Below, in pieces: positions 26,991 through 38,061 of a stretch of DNA of 64,000 bases. The position numbers were made by a program, and so were the translations under genes. How positions within the stretch are numbered: the stretch's first letter is position 1; every line of letters starts with the position of its first letter. The notes beneath the pieces were generated by a model. The model did not search any database and was not told where the DNA came from. It worked only from the letters and a program-made list of their open reading frames with translations. This stretch comes from Tubulanus polymorphus (lineage: Eukaryota > Animalia > Nemertea), in contig NC_134031.1 of the NCBI RefSeq assembly GCF_964204645.1, positions 14,061,807-14,125,806 of the forward strand. Direction: 5' to 3'.

Positions 26991-29332
26991 GTTGTAAAAA
27001 TTTCTGATTATATCAACAATCCGGGGGGATATTTTGTTGAATTTTGACTTTGTCTATTTGCCACTTTTTTGGTCCGTTTTAAAAGCCAGATTTACTCATA
27101 GAAATCAAGCCATTTTATACCAAATTAATTTACCCTAAAACCTGTAAGTATGTCATATATGACCATTCAAGATCCCCAGGGACGTTAACGAACAATACCC
27201 ATCCAGTTAAGATCCCCGGGGCCGCTAATTGGGGCTGTTTGCTGTGAAACGGCATACAGTTACCTGATCGTCGACAGCGGCCATTTTGGAAAATCGCCAC
27301 TAGGCGGATCATTGCGTATTTCTATACTGAAATATGATTTTATCAATCTAAAAACCACAACCATATTTTTTTGGAATGAATATCTGTTAAAGATTTAGAA
27401 AAATGATAAAACGTTCATATATTGACAAGAAGCGCAGCGCAAAAATATAATCAGCAAGTTCACGCACGGTTACTAAGGATACGCAGGTACGCCACTGTGA
27501 AGGGTCAAGGTCAAATTCAGCTGAGCGATTATTCACGTGTAATAAACTATTTATTTATTTTTTGATGATCAATTATTTTGTTGTTTTTTTTTATTTGCAT
27601 TTGATTTGGGAGGTCATCTTGCTTAGGAGTCAGTTTGTCAATGCGTCGAAGCAATACAGTCTAACTCGTTTACGTCTCACTTAAAACGGGGTAGGGCGGT
27701 CATTATATTGCTGACTCCAAACTACACCTATACAGCCTGTGTAACTGTGTAAACTGTGAAATTGTACTTGGCATTAGAGGGATATTGAGGAATTGAATTT
27801 CAGCCTCCTGAGCCCTCGGCTTGAGCAAAAGACCTTAACTGACTACACAGAATTCAATTATGAGTCCCTAGCATTTTCTCAATTTCCGAATGCTTTCATT
27901 GGTTTTAAGATGAGGGGAACCAGAAATTTTAAGTTCCCCACATATTGCAACTGGAAACACATGGCTGGAACACAGCCGATATTTGATTATTCGTTCCATG
28001 TCCATGGCGGTAGCATTATTATCAAAATTATCATGATTAACAGTGCATTCAAGTTCAGTTTTTTACTCTAATTTGATAGAAACTATTTTTACGAGTGGAT
28101 ATTTACTGTAGGGATATAGCCCGTTTTAACTCATTCATGTTAATGGAACTTACCTTCACTTATAAGCTCTTGAATAGCTTGCCGGGCGTGATTCACGCCA
28201 ATAATTTCAAATTCTAATTCATTGAGATTGTTCAATTGAAAATCATAACTATGTACCGGCATGATATTATAGCAAGCTTCAGGGTTCTTGTCAATTGATT
28301 TTTTCTATTATATTCTCTATATGTGGTGAACATTAAGGTCTAAGTTTTGCCAACGTGGTGCTCTGAATTGGTTTTCACGAACAGTGACTGAACACCCCTT
28401 GAAAATGTTCATTGATGGCATCTGTTAGAAAACAGATTTTGTGATTTTGTGATTAAAAAGATCCCAATGGTTAAATAATGACTTAAATTGAATTATCGGA
28501 GACGAAAGCCTTCCTCTACCAGTTTTCGTTTGGGACGTTTTTTAATAGAATAGTTGAAATAAGTAATCTATTTACTTACTTCTCTCGCTACAATATCGGT
28601 AATCCTAAAAATCTTTGTTCGTTGATGATTTCCGAAACCGTCTGGTGCGCTTTAATATTCTAGTTAAAGATTACGACATACGTTCCTGTGATGCCTATAA
28701 TATATGAAAAAGGTAATATTATAATTGGAAGGCACGGCTTTTTGTGCCGAGTTAAAGGTATATATCATGTGATGTCAACTTACCAATATTAGCCCATCCG
28801 TTTTTCCTGGACGCAAACTGCGGATAGTGTCAATAACTGTTGTTGTTCGGTACGTTTTAAGTAGCTGCCATTTTTACATTCGATTCATATTCTATACTCC
28901 ATTTCGTAAGATCCGTGATTATTTTATCATCCATATCCAATAATCGTTGTATCATTAACTAAGTTAATAATCTTTATACTTGTGTGCTTCCCTCCGAAAA
29001 TGCAATTTGATGTCTCACGCCTTATCGCACCCTAAACGCCTAGATTTTATCGCGATTAAACGCTTTTTGTTTAATCACTCATGGCTGCATTCCAAACGTT
29101 TAATATGTCTAAAACATTTAGATCAACGATATTTGCTATCGGACATCTCAATATTCATTCACTACACATGGATCATTGAATAATTAATAATTAAGTGACA
29201 AATAATTATGTTCAATCTATAAATCTTTTTTTTAAAGATGAAGATTCTCTGCATTTTTTCTCTGAAATATCCAAGTCATAATTTATTTGTAAGTGTTACA
29301 GGAGGACTTCTACATGTTGACCGATTCTTTTT

Positions 29333-30240
29333 TGACGCCTTATAAAACGTTACCATTATGAAGCCTAAACAATGTTAACCATTCAGCGTCATTTTACAAA
29401 CGACAACCGTAAATAGATGTGCAAAACGTCACAGGTCTATGCGTACACATACAAGCTATTTGGCAAAATATTATTGACAAAGATGTAGAATGGCTTCCTG
29501 TGATTATATAATGATCTCCATTTGAACGTCGAAATGTTATATTGCATTGAATATCATGAGAAGACGTATTGTAATAGTGAAGGATGTATGATTATATCAG
29601 GAGCGGCAGGCATATATAGAAAGGATTAAGTAAATCGGATTAATCGGTTAAATGGCGGATGTATACACGATTAAGAAGTCCGATATAAAAGTCAGACCCT
29701 GACATGGGGATGCTGGTGGAATGACGAAGCTATCTACGATCTGTGTAGGGCCAGATTGAATTTCATCGGCGGCTACAAGCGGTCTATAAAAAACGTATAA
29801 ACATAATTTCAATATTCAAATATTTTAGAAAATATGTTCGATATTAGGGGTATGCAGGTTTCACGAGATTAGCAATTTATAAAAGCATAACTGTCATATA
29901 CGGCTCCGCGTCCACTGATGGCATGTGTATTAGGTGACTATTTAATTCAATTTATTATTGATCCTTATTACATTGAAAATGCCAAATTCAATAAAGTTAC
30001 AAATTTTTAAAATGAGAAAATTCAAGACACGGGTAATTCATACAGAATAACATGAATAAGTTACTTAAATGACAATGTCTACTTCAACCCAGACTCAAGT
30101 CTAAGATATCGAGTGACAACCAAACCGGGACCCGGGTGGGCTGGCTATACGATATGCTCATAGTCATGATGAAGCAGACATCAGAAGAGCTCTTTCTTCA
30201 ACCATGGAGGCAATGAAGTTGCAGACCAGCTTAGAGGCAA
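29333..30240 (+). repeat. ~0.9 kb direct repeat, copy 2
   Basis: Collinear with 22444-23425; lacks the 26-bp internal duplication of copy 1; ends exactly where the viral hairpin starts. Confidence 0.95.
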
Positions 30241-30300
30241 GGTCGAAAGGTCGAAAAAAAAATTCTCGCACACTCGAATTTATTTTTCGACCTCTCGACC
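30241..30300. repeat. Inverted repeat/hairpin at left viral boundary (25-bp stem, 2 mismatches, 10-nt loop)
   Basis: ggtcgaaaggtcgaaaaaaaaattc (30241-30265) pairs with gaatttatttttcgacctctcgacc (30276-30300); perfect 22-bp palindrome at 30337-30358 nearby. Confidence 0.9.
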
Positions 30301-30401
30301 TTTGACCTGAACCCCTGTTATCCCTATTACTCTTAAAATATTCATATATATGAATATTAATAACTTCTAAAATCAATTTTCATCAAAAATTTGATATCAA
30401 A

Positions 30402-30542
30402 ATGGAAGCAAATAAGAAGTACTACTGTCCGTCAGAACAACCACAAACCAACGATATTACAAATAATACTGGGGTTATGAATATTTATTACAAGAAATGT
30501 TCAAAATGTGAATTAGATAAACAACTCTCGGAATATTATTAA
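30402..30542 (+). pseudogene. Small viral CxxC ORF (MEANKKYYC...KKCSKCELDKQLSEYY*)
   Basis: ATG at 30402; the KKCSKC..K..SEY motif resembles zinc-binding leaders of viral HNH/endoVII-type proteins; convergent with the main gene block. Confidence 0.4.
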
Positions 30543-30589
30543 ACGGAAAGTTATGTAACCGGATAATACCAATTGATGATGAAAATAAA

Positions 30590-31698
30590 TTAATCTTTTT
30601 CATTTTCATATTTTTCTTTAAGCTTATTATATTCTTCTAACCCTATATTCCTTTGAATTGTCATTGATTTAATTTTCTAAATGATTCCCGAGTTTATATT
30701 TATTGAATGTTTCTCTTGAAAATATTTTTGGAATATAATTTTCGACTTCATTTTTAGATGGATGTTTATTTAAAAATTCTCTAAAATCATCATGTTTAAG
30801 TTCAAATAAGTTCATTGCATAAGTTACATTTGGTTTAAAGTTATCTAACTTTTTCAAATGGTAACTATATCATTACTCGAGAAATAATCTATAAATGTTT
30901 TTCTATACTACCGATAATCTGATATATTCATTTTATTGAATTTTGTATTCATAATTAATGGATTTTCTATTACATTATCTGTACCTATATGTTTAAATGA
31001 GTATCTATGATTCAATTGTTTATCATATATTACATATTCCCTACATTTTTTACACCAAGATTTAAATACGTGTATTGCATGGGCTGAATCATTTCCACCT
31101 TTGGTTTTTAATTTATAATGTTTTGACCAAGTAGTCTTTGCTATACATTCATTACAGAAGGCACAAAAATTTTGATCTTCTTTGCATTTATCTTTATATA
31201 TATTAGCATATGTTTTTACTAATTTCAAAATATGTTCATCTTTTCTTATATGCAATAAATAATCATTATAATTATCAAAATCTTCTTCACAATACATACA
31301 TCTAATGATATCTTTTGGTTTAACATTTGATTTTTCTATTTTATAGTTAGAGGTAGATGCTGTTACATCTTCTTTTTTTGTTTTAACATGATCTTCTTTT
31401 TTGTTTCAATATTATCTTCTTTTTTAGGTTCAACATGATTTTTTATTTCGTTATCAATATCATTTTCTATTTTAGTATCAATATCATTTTCTATTTTTGT
31501 TTCAACATTATCTTCTATTTTAGATTCAATATTATCTTCTTTTTTAGTTTCAATACTATTATCTATTTTACTTTTTCTATATTTGAATTGATTAGAGAAT
31601 TCTCCAAAATACTTACCATATTCATCATAAGGTATTATATAATATATATCTGATATCATTTCACTTGGACTTTGTATTTCATATATTCCTCCTTCCAT
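30590..31698 (-). pseudogene. Viral zinc-finger protein with 8-aa tandem repeats, frameshifted
   Basis: ORFs 31363..31698 (KIENDIDT-type repeats), 30908..31297 (C..C-x12-H-x5-H fingers) and 30669..30857 appear to be pieces of one gene. Confidence 0.6.
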
Positions 31699-31730
31699 TT
31701 ATTATAGAATTTTTTATTAAAATTAAAATT

Positions 31731-32913
31731 TTAATACATAACACTATTCAATTGAGAATTTATGATATTTAATTGCGCGTCAAATATAATATAAATGTGC
31801 ATTTTATAATTTAAACCTTTCTTCTTTTACATGAATAATTATATTCCATCTTTAGTGTTCTGTAATTTTTTACCGGATCCATGTAATAAGTTATCTTCAG
31901 TGGTTCTAAAATCTAACCATAGTGCATATTTATTACCGGTATAATAATCAATTTGGTTTATATTACAATCTTCAGGTGATTTCATTTTTTCATTCACAAA
32001 ATGTTTTTTAATTTCAAGCCATTGATCAATCATTCTCATTCCCTGGCAAAATACTTTATTAGCTATGCCTTCGATAGTTATTTCTACTTGTGATATATCA
32101 GGATTATAACAATTATCAACATTTATTGCACCATTAGAATATGTTGCAATGGTGAAAAATATTAATATACCTTTAATAGATCTTCTTGGGAAGTTAATAT
32201 TCTCATTAATTATTTCGTCATTTGCATTAATAGTTACAATTTTAAATTTATCAATATAATCATATAATAATGAAAATCCTTCATGATATTGAGTTTGAAT
32301 TGTGTTAGCAATATTTTCATCAGTTACTGTATCATATTCTAAACATATATTCGATAATTTATAACCCATGTCTTTAACAACGCTTGATAATACAATTTCA
32401 TTAACAGGAGCACAAGTTATTTCAAATATAATATCTTCTTGTATAGCATATTTATATAAAGGTGCATTATCATTTATCGATTCAAAATCTAATGGATTTT
32501 ATATTTTCTTCCATAGGTCTTTTTTATCAAATTATCTGTAGCATTAGTTACTACTGCATTATTAGCTTCTGATCTTAATTTAGTTTGGTTTTCTGATTGG
32601 ATGCCTTGAAACATCATATTATTTCTATTTTCTTTTGTTAACTATAAATCTTTGTAATGCGAAAATAAATTATAATCATCTATCTATCGACAACATAACT
32701 GTTATCATGGCCAGTTACTTTTTTATCAGCTGATAAATAAATACTATATGGAACATAAAAAGTATTTTGTGTTAATCGAGGAATTCGAACATATAAAGTT
32801 TCATCAGGATTAATATTAGAAGGATTATGAGTAATTATATGATGAGATCTTTCTGCCTTAATAGCATTAGATATTCTAGAATTCTTAGAAGGATTTATAC
32901 AACTCCCACTCAT
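31731..32913 (-). pseudogene. Major capsid protein (double jelly-roll type), disrupted
   Basis: N-terminus IKAERSHHIITHNPSNINPDETLYVRIP.L..YVP; core YKLSNICLEYDTV, N.PRRSIKGILIFF, YNPDI..VEITIEG, YALWLDFRT..DN.LHGSG; C-terminus DAQLNI. Recognised from memory as a Polinton-group MCP. Confidence 0.75.
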
Positions 32914-32933
32914 TTATTTAAGAGAAAAATTCA

Positions 32934-34645
32934 TTATTTATTTTTTATCATATTCACTAATACAAAAATAATTGCACTTATAACTGTAATTAAAAATAAA
33001 ATTATATGTTCAGCAGCAAAGTTAATAATATTTCCAGCAGATTTCAATATAAAACCAACAATTGATGCTATAACTCCGGGTAAAGCTGCAGCCCATTTTT
33101 TAGATAGTTCCCATAGATATTTTGCTAATTCTTTTAAACCATCTTTAACTTTATCTTGTATTGAATTATTATTTGGAGGTTTATCTGGTCCGGGAGTAGA
33201 TGTAGATTTTAATGAATTTGATATTGCTAAACCAATTGTTGTAAATAACATAGTTACAGCTGTTAGAATTGAAAGAATTGTTATACCTTCTAATTAAAAT
33301 AATAATTTTATTCTATCTTTTAATGATATTTCAGAATTTGGTTTTATCAACAAATCTTTAAAAATAACTTATAATTTTCTAATATGATTAAGATCATATG
33401 ATTTCAATAATATATCTCTTTCTCTTTCCTTTAAATTCTTTTAAAGTCATATTTTAAATCATCAATTTCTTTTTCTAAAGCTAACTTTCTGCTTTCATAA
33501 TCAGCTTCCTCGATTAATTGAAGATCTCTATTTAAGTCTAATTGTTTTAATTCTTCATTTGCATCAGTTAGTTTTTTTTTCTAACATGGTTATATTAGAA
33601 AATCTCATCTTAATATTAGCAATTTCACCAGCTGATTCTTGCATACCTTTAATTTCTCTACGTGCTTGTTCAGGAAATATTTTTAATTCTTCTTCATTTG
33701 AATCAAGTAATCCTTTTTTTAATAAAGATTGCATTCGATTTGTTCCAGTTTCAGTACCAGGTGTATCTAAAATACTATTCATCTCTTCTTCAAATGAATG
33801 AACTGTAACATGCTGTCAAACTGTTTTACTACTTGTAATTGACTTGAACCATTATCAATTTGTTGAATATCTCTTCTCGATGTTTCTGGTGTTGAAGATC
33901 TTAATTTATCTAATCGATCTCCATACTCATCCATTTCTGGATCAACAGAAGTAGGATTTAGATTTGGATTTTTAAATGGTGAATATTTGTTAATATCAAT
34001 ACCAACATTTGGTTCTTCTTCATTTATTCTATCGAGTGCATTCCATATAAGTCTGAGAAATTCTGTACCACCTTTTGAACGTTCAATTGTAGATCTCGCT
34101 AACATTTCAGGATGGTACAGATCTTCTTGTCCCATTTTAGATAATTGAATTGATACAGTTTTTTTATTTAATTCAACATTATAATACCATGAATCATTTT
34201 TAAATTCAAAATTATTCATGAAATGTATGTCATCTTTTATAATTTGTTCTGAAATATCTTCTGGTTCAATGTTATCTGTTACATTTTTTGGTAATAATTC
34301 TTCTATAACTGTATTTTACACTATGTTTTATGTATAGTAATTCTCTTTTCAATTCAGGGTTTTCTGTTCTTTATAATCTATTAATTAAATCTTTTCTTTC
34401 TGGTCTAGTTTTAATTAATATCTCATCGCGGGTTCTTAAATAATCTACTAATTTTTCACTTGTTTCAGTATCATCTTTAAATTCATCATAATCATATAAT
34501 ATAGGCTAGAATCACCTTCACCTAAATTAGTATTATATGCTGCTCCACCATCATTATCAATATAAGTTTCATTAAAATCAGGTTGTGGTTCATCACTTAT
34601 ACCAGGGGCGTCACCAAAAGTATCCATTGGAATATATTCTTCCAT
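32934..34645 (-). pseudogene. Large viral coiled-coil protein with C-terminal transmembrane helices, disrupted
   Basis: Fragments 34448..34645, 33779..34219, 33564..33782 and 32934..33251; hydrophobic GITILSILTAVTMLFTTIGL, AAALPGVIASIVGFIL and IILFLITVISAIIFVLV. Confidence 0.65.
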
Positions 34646-34661
34646 TTATATAATAAAAAAA

Positions 34662-35537
34662 TTAAGATTTAATATAATTAATATTCCTCCTATTACAATT
34701 CCTATACAAGTTATAGCTAATTTAGCATTTTCCTGTGATTTATTATCATTATTACTTTTAATTATATGATGTTGAATAATATCAGTTTTAATATTTTCTG
34801 ATATTTCCTGATATTTTTTCTGATATATGATTATTTATTCCAGCTTTAGTAAAACCTTCACTATTTTCTAAAATAAAATTAATCCATCCATTATTATTTT
34901 GTTGTTGTATATTATTATAGTATTTTGGTAATTTATTCCAATTGAGTGTTCTTATATCTGTATTTGTCATTATTTTTCCAAATTCTTCAGTATATAATAT
35001 TCCTAATCCACCCATTGTACCAATTTTTGCTCTTAAATCATTAATTGAATTAATATTAAAGTCATTACATATTTTATAAAACTTTGATAAATTAATATCA
35101 TTATTTAGTTCATTAAAATATTTCGAACCTAGTAAAGGGCACTCTAATTCATTTAATATTAATTTTATTTGAAAATATGTATGAAATCAAAAAAGTGATA
35201 ATATCAATGGTAAACTTGGTTTATTTAAATGATCATTCTAACTTATATCACACCCTGTTGTTGCGCAATAAACTGCAAAGTTTTGCCAATACTTCATATT
35301 AGATTTTAATAACCATTGTTTTGCCTCATTTAAATTTTTAAAATTAATTACGTTAATATTGAATATATTTTCCATCTTAACATTATAATTATTAGTTTCA
35401 GTAACATAAATATCTAAATTAATTAATGAATTTAAAACTTCATTTCTATATGAAATATCTTTATCAAAATCTATTGCTGGAATATTATATTCAATTGATT
35501 TATCATATTGAAAAGCTTTTGGATAACTAATTGCCAT
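34662..35537 (-). pseudogene. Uncharacterised viral protein with C-terminal TM anchor, disrupted
   Basis: WQNFAVYCATTGC..FHTYFQIKLIL.EL..PL..GWINFILENSEGFTKAG..AKLAITCIGIVIGGILII. Confidence 0.55.
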
Positions 35538-35553
35538 TTATATAATAAAAAAA

Positions 35554-35987
35554 TCAATAAATAATTAATTCTTTTAAAAATTTATCTTGTTCTTCAATTG
35601 TTATATTACCATTTACACTTATAATCTAATGTATTTTTTAATTTATTAATTTCTTTTATATTAGATTTTATTTTTTCTTTATTTCTTTTTATATTCTATT
35701 TTGAACTTATTCCGGTTTAAACACTTGAACTTAATCCTAACACACCAATTGATATAGCTAAAGGAGTTAATGGACTGAATATTGCTAAAAATGTTATTAC
35801 AGAACTTATTGTAACTGAACCACTAATAATGAAATAATGTATAATTATGCTTTTTAAATATTTTTTCTTTTTAACTTTTAAATCATTTTCAAATTCTAAT
35901 ATTTGTTTTTCCAAATATAATTTTAATTTAGTTTTATTTATATCATATCATGAGGAATAATATCAACATTATCAACTTTATTATCAT
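35554..35987 (-). pseudogene. Small viral membrane protein, disrupted
   Basis: KKKKY..IIIHYFIISGSVTISSVITFLAIFSPLTPLAISIGVLGLSS hydrophobic hairpin. Confidence 0.5.
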
Positions 35988-35998
35988 TAGAAAAAAAA

Positions 35999-36418
35999 TT
36001 ACTTATTTGTGAATTTATAAGCAACAAATAATACAATATTTGTTCCACCTAAAATCCAAATTATTTCATATTGTTGTTGTTCTTTACTTGGTCTATAATA
36101 ATCTGATAATTTAGGTTTGTATGGATGTAATTTTTCACGATTTGTTACTGCGTTACATAAACTCATAGCTTCATCAACTGATTGAAAATATCTATGTGTA
36201 ATTTTCTGATCATATGATTCTTTGTTAATATAATCCATATAATTTTGTCTTTTTTCTCTATATTCTTCTGCAGCTTTATTGTATTTCTCTAATGCTAAGT
36301 TATGTCTTCTCTGTTCTGCTAATGAACTATTTTTATCAATATGCTTAAATAAATACCCACCACCTGTAAATGCTAAAGCGTTAACAATTGCCGATCCTAT
36401 AATAGTTGCAGATACCAT
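35999..36418 (-). CDS. Viral 139-aa protein: hydrophobic N-terminus, coiled coil, C-terminal hydrophobic segment
   Basis: Intact ORF with TAAATG start; IGSAIVNALAFTGGGYLF...RRHNLALEKY. Confidence 0.7.
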   Translation of the reverse strand: MVSATIIGSAIVNALAFTGGGYLFKHIDKNSSLAEQRRHNLALEKYNKAAEEYREKRQNYMDYINKESYDQKITHRYFQSVDEAMSLCNAVTNREKLHPYKPKLSDYYRPSKEQQQYEIIWILGGTNIVLFVAYKFTNK

Positions 36419-36442
36419 TTATTTAACAAAAAAATTACGCAT

Positions 36443-36664
36443 TCATATAGGAGGAATATATTTTTGTTTTTCTAAATAATCAATAGTTAAATTAGATAAA
36501 GTAACTGCTAACGTTAATTTTAATATATCATTGATATCAAATCTATCAACATTAACACTTCCAATTTTTAAATACTTTTTTACCACCATTGTATATCCAA
36601 CAGTTCCAACTGATAGTAATGCTCCATAATATAAACCAGTTATTATCCACTTATTATCACTCAT
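36443..36664 (-). CDS. Viral 73-aa small membrane protein
   Basis: Intact ORF with TAAATG start; two hydrophobic segments. Confidence 0.7.
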   Translation of the reverse strand: MSDNKWIITGLYYGALLSVGTVGYTMVVKKYLKIGSVNVDRFDINDILKLTLAVTLSNLTIDYLEKQKYIPPI

Positions 36665-36681
36665 TTATTAATAAAAAAAAA

Positions 36682-37009
36682 CTATCTTCAAAATATTTAG
36701 TTATCTTATTTATGATGATTTCAACATTTATTTCATTACTACTTTTATGATTATCATATATTTTAGATAATATATTTTTAATAATATCAATAATAAAATC
36801 TTCATCTAATTCATTAAAGAATTTCTAATTAAATCAGTAATCTTTACTACACCATAAAATTCTTTATTTAATGTTGTTTCATAATCAAATGTTGTTTCAT
36901 TAAAAATGTAATATTTCTAATATGAGTTATTACATCATTAATGTTAAATTTCATTTCTTTCTCACGTTTAAAATCAAATCCACATACTCGGTCCTACTGT
37001 TATATTCAT
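36682..37009 (-). pseudogene. Small uncharacterised viral ORF, frameshifted
   Basis: TAAATG start at 37009 (MNITVGPS..); fills the gap between the penton-like gene and 36664. Confidence 0.45.
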
Positions 37010-37025
37010 TTATATAATGAAAAAA

Positions 37026-37642
37026 TTACTCTTTACATCTTATAACTAATTCATAAATTACAGGAAAGTTATTTAAATCAATAAAGTAACCATTATGATT
37101 TCTTACTTCTAATTTAAAATTATTAAATCGTGAAATACAAGGTTTGAAATCACATTCAGCTAAATTATAACTCATTTGAGTTCCAAATTGTTTAACATTT
37201 TTTAATGGTAAAATATTTAATATACTAGAATTATAAGTTGTATCTTTAGTTGCTTCAAATGTTTTTGTATGATCAATTTAATTGCAATAAATATAAAAGT
37301 GTGTAAAAGGCATTATATTTGAATTACCGTCTATGTTTCATGTAACAGTATCTGGTGCAATTCCTAGCAATCTAGCTAATGGTTTTTTGCCATAAATGCA
37401 TTTTGACTTTTATCATATACCTTTATTTTAATTTTATTTGTGCTAAACCATTTATTTAAAAGTATTATCTTCAATAGTTTTATCCGTATATTATAAAAAG
37501 AATTACATAAACTTACATTTACTAATTTTAATTCTACAGAATTCTTAAATTCTCTATCTAGTTGTACTAGTAAATTATGAGATTTAGAATTTAATAGTTT
37601 TTTAGAATCAACATATATTCTATATTCTTTTAATTCTACCAT
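37026..37642 (-). pseudogene. Minor capsid (penton-like, single jelly-roll) protein, disrupted
   Basis: IYVDS....S.N..VQL....VELKLVNVSLCNSFYNI N-terminus; FYIYCN, SILNILPL, FKLEVRNHNGYFIDLNNFPVIYEL C-terminus. Confidence 0.7.
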
Positions 37643-37656
37643 TTATTTTACATATT

Positions 37657-38022
37657 TTATTCAAAATCTATTTCATGGTGCATTTCATGGTGCCCTTTTT
37701 TATTCTTACCTTTATATATGAAATAGAAATCACCTGAACATAATTCCTCTAAATCTTCACTAGATAATCTATGAAATCTGTGTGGTAAATATGTTCTGAA
37801 TTTATATCTATTTCCTTTCAATCCCTCATATTCTAAATGAATAACTAATTCATCTCCATATTTGTTAGTAACTTTATCAATATTTGTTATTAAATATTTC
37901 TTATGAATTGTTAGTTCATTTAACTTCTTAAGTTTATAATCTACTGATTTAGCATTTGTGATATCTTTTATTCTATCTAGAAATGATTTATTGTTCTCAC
38001 TGTGTTCTTGTTTACTCTCCAT
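37657..38022 (-). CDS. Viral 121-aa protein, possible OB-fold ssDNA-binding protein
   Basis: Intact ORF directly downstream of polB; beta-strand pattern KKYLITNIDKVTNKYGDELVIHL..TYLPHRF..FIYKG. Confidence 0.6.
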   Translation of the reverse strand: MESKQEHSENNKSFLDRIKDITNAKSVDYKLKKLNELTIHKKYLITNIDKVTNKYGDELVIHLEYEGLKGNRYKFRTYLPHRFHRLSSEDLEELCSGDFYFIYKGKNKKGHHEMHHEIDFE

Positions 38023-38061
38023 TTATTATACATATTTTCATTAAAATTGAATTAAAGCCGA

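Noticed and set aside
22444-30239. 1-kb direct repeats as LTRs of a retrotransposon (TG...CA can be drawn)
   Set aside because: No TSD, PBS, PPT or gag/pol between them, and the unit is composite.
30313-30326. 14/18 contiguous match to the I-SceI site (TAGGGATAACAGGG on the minus strand)
   Set aside because: The remaining bases mismatch, there is no vector or rRNA context, and it is embedded in the viral terminal region; treated as coincidence.
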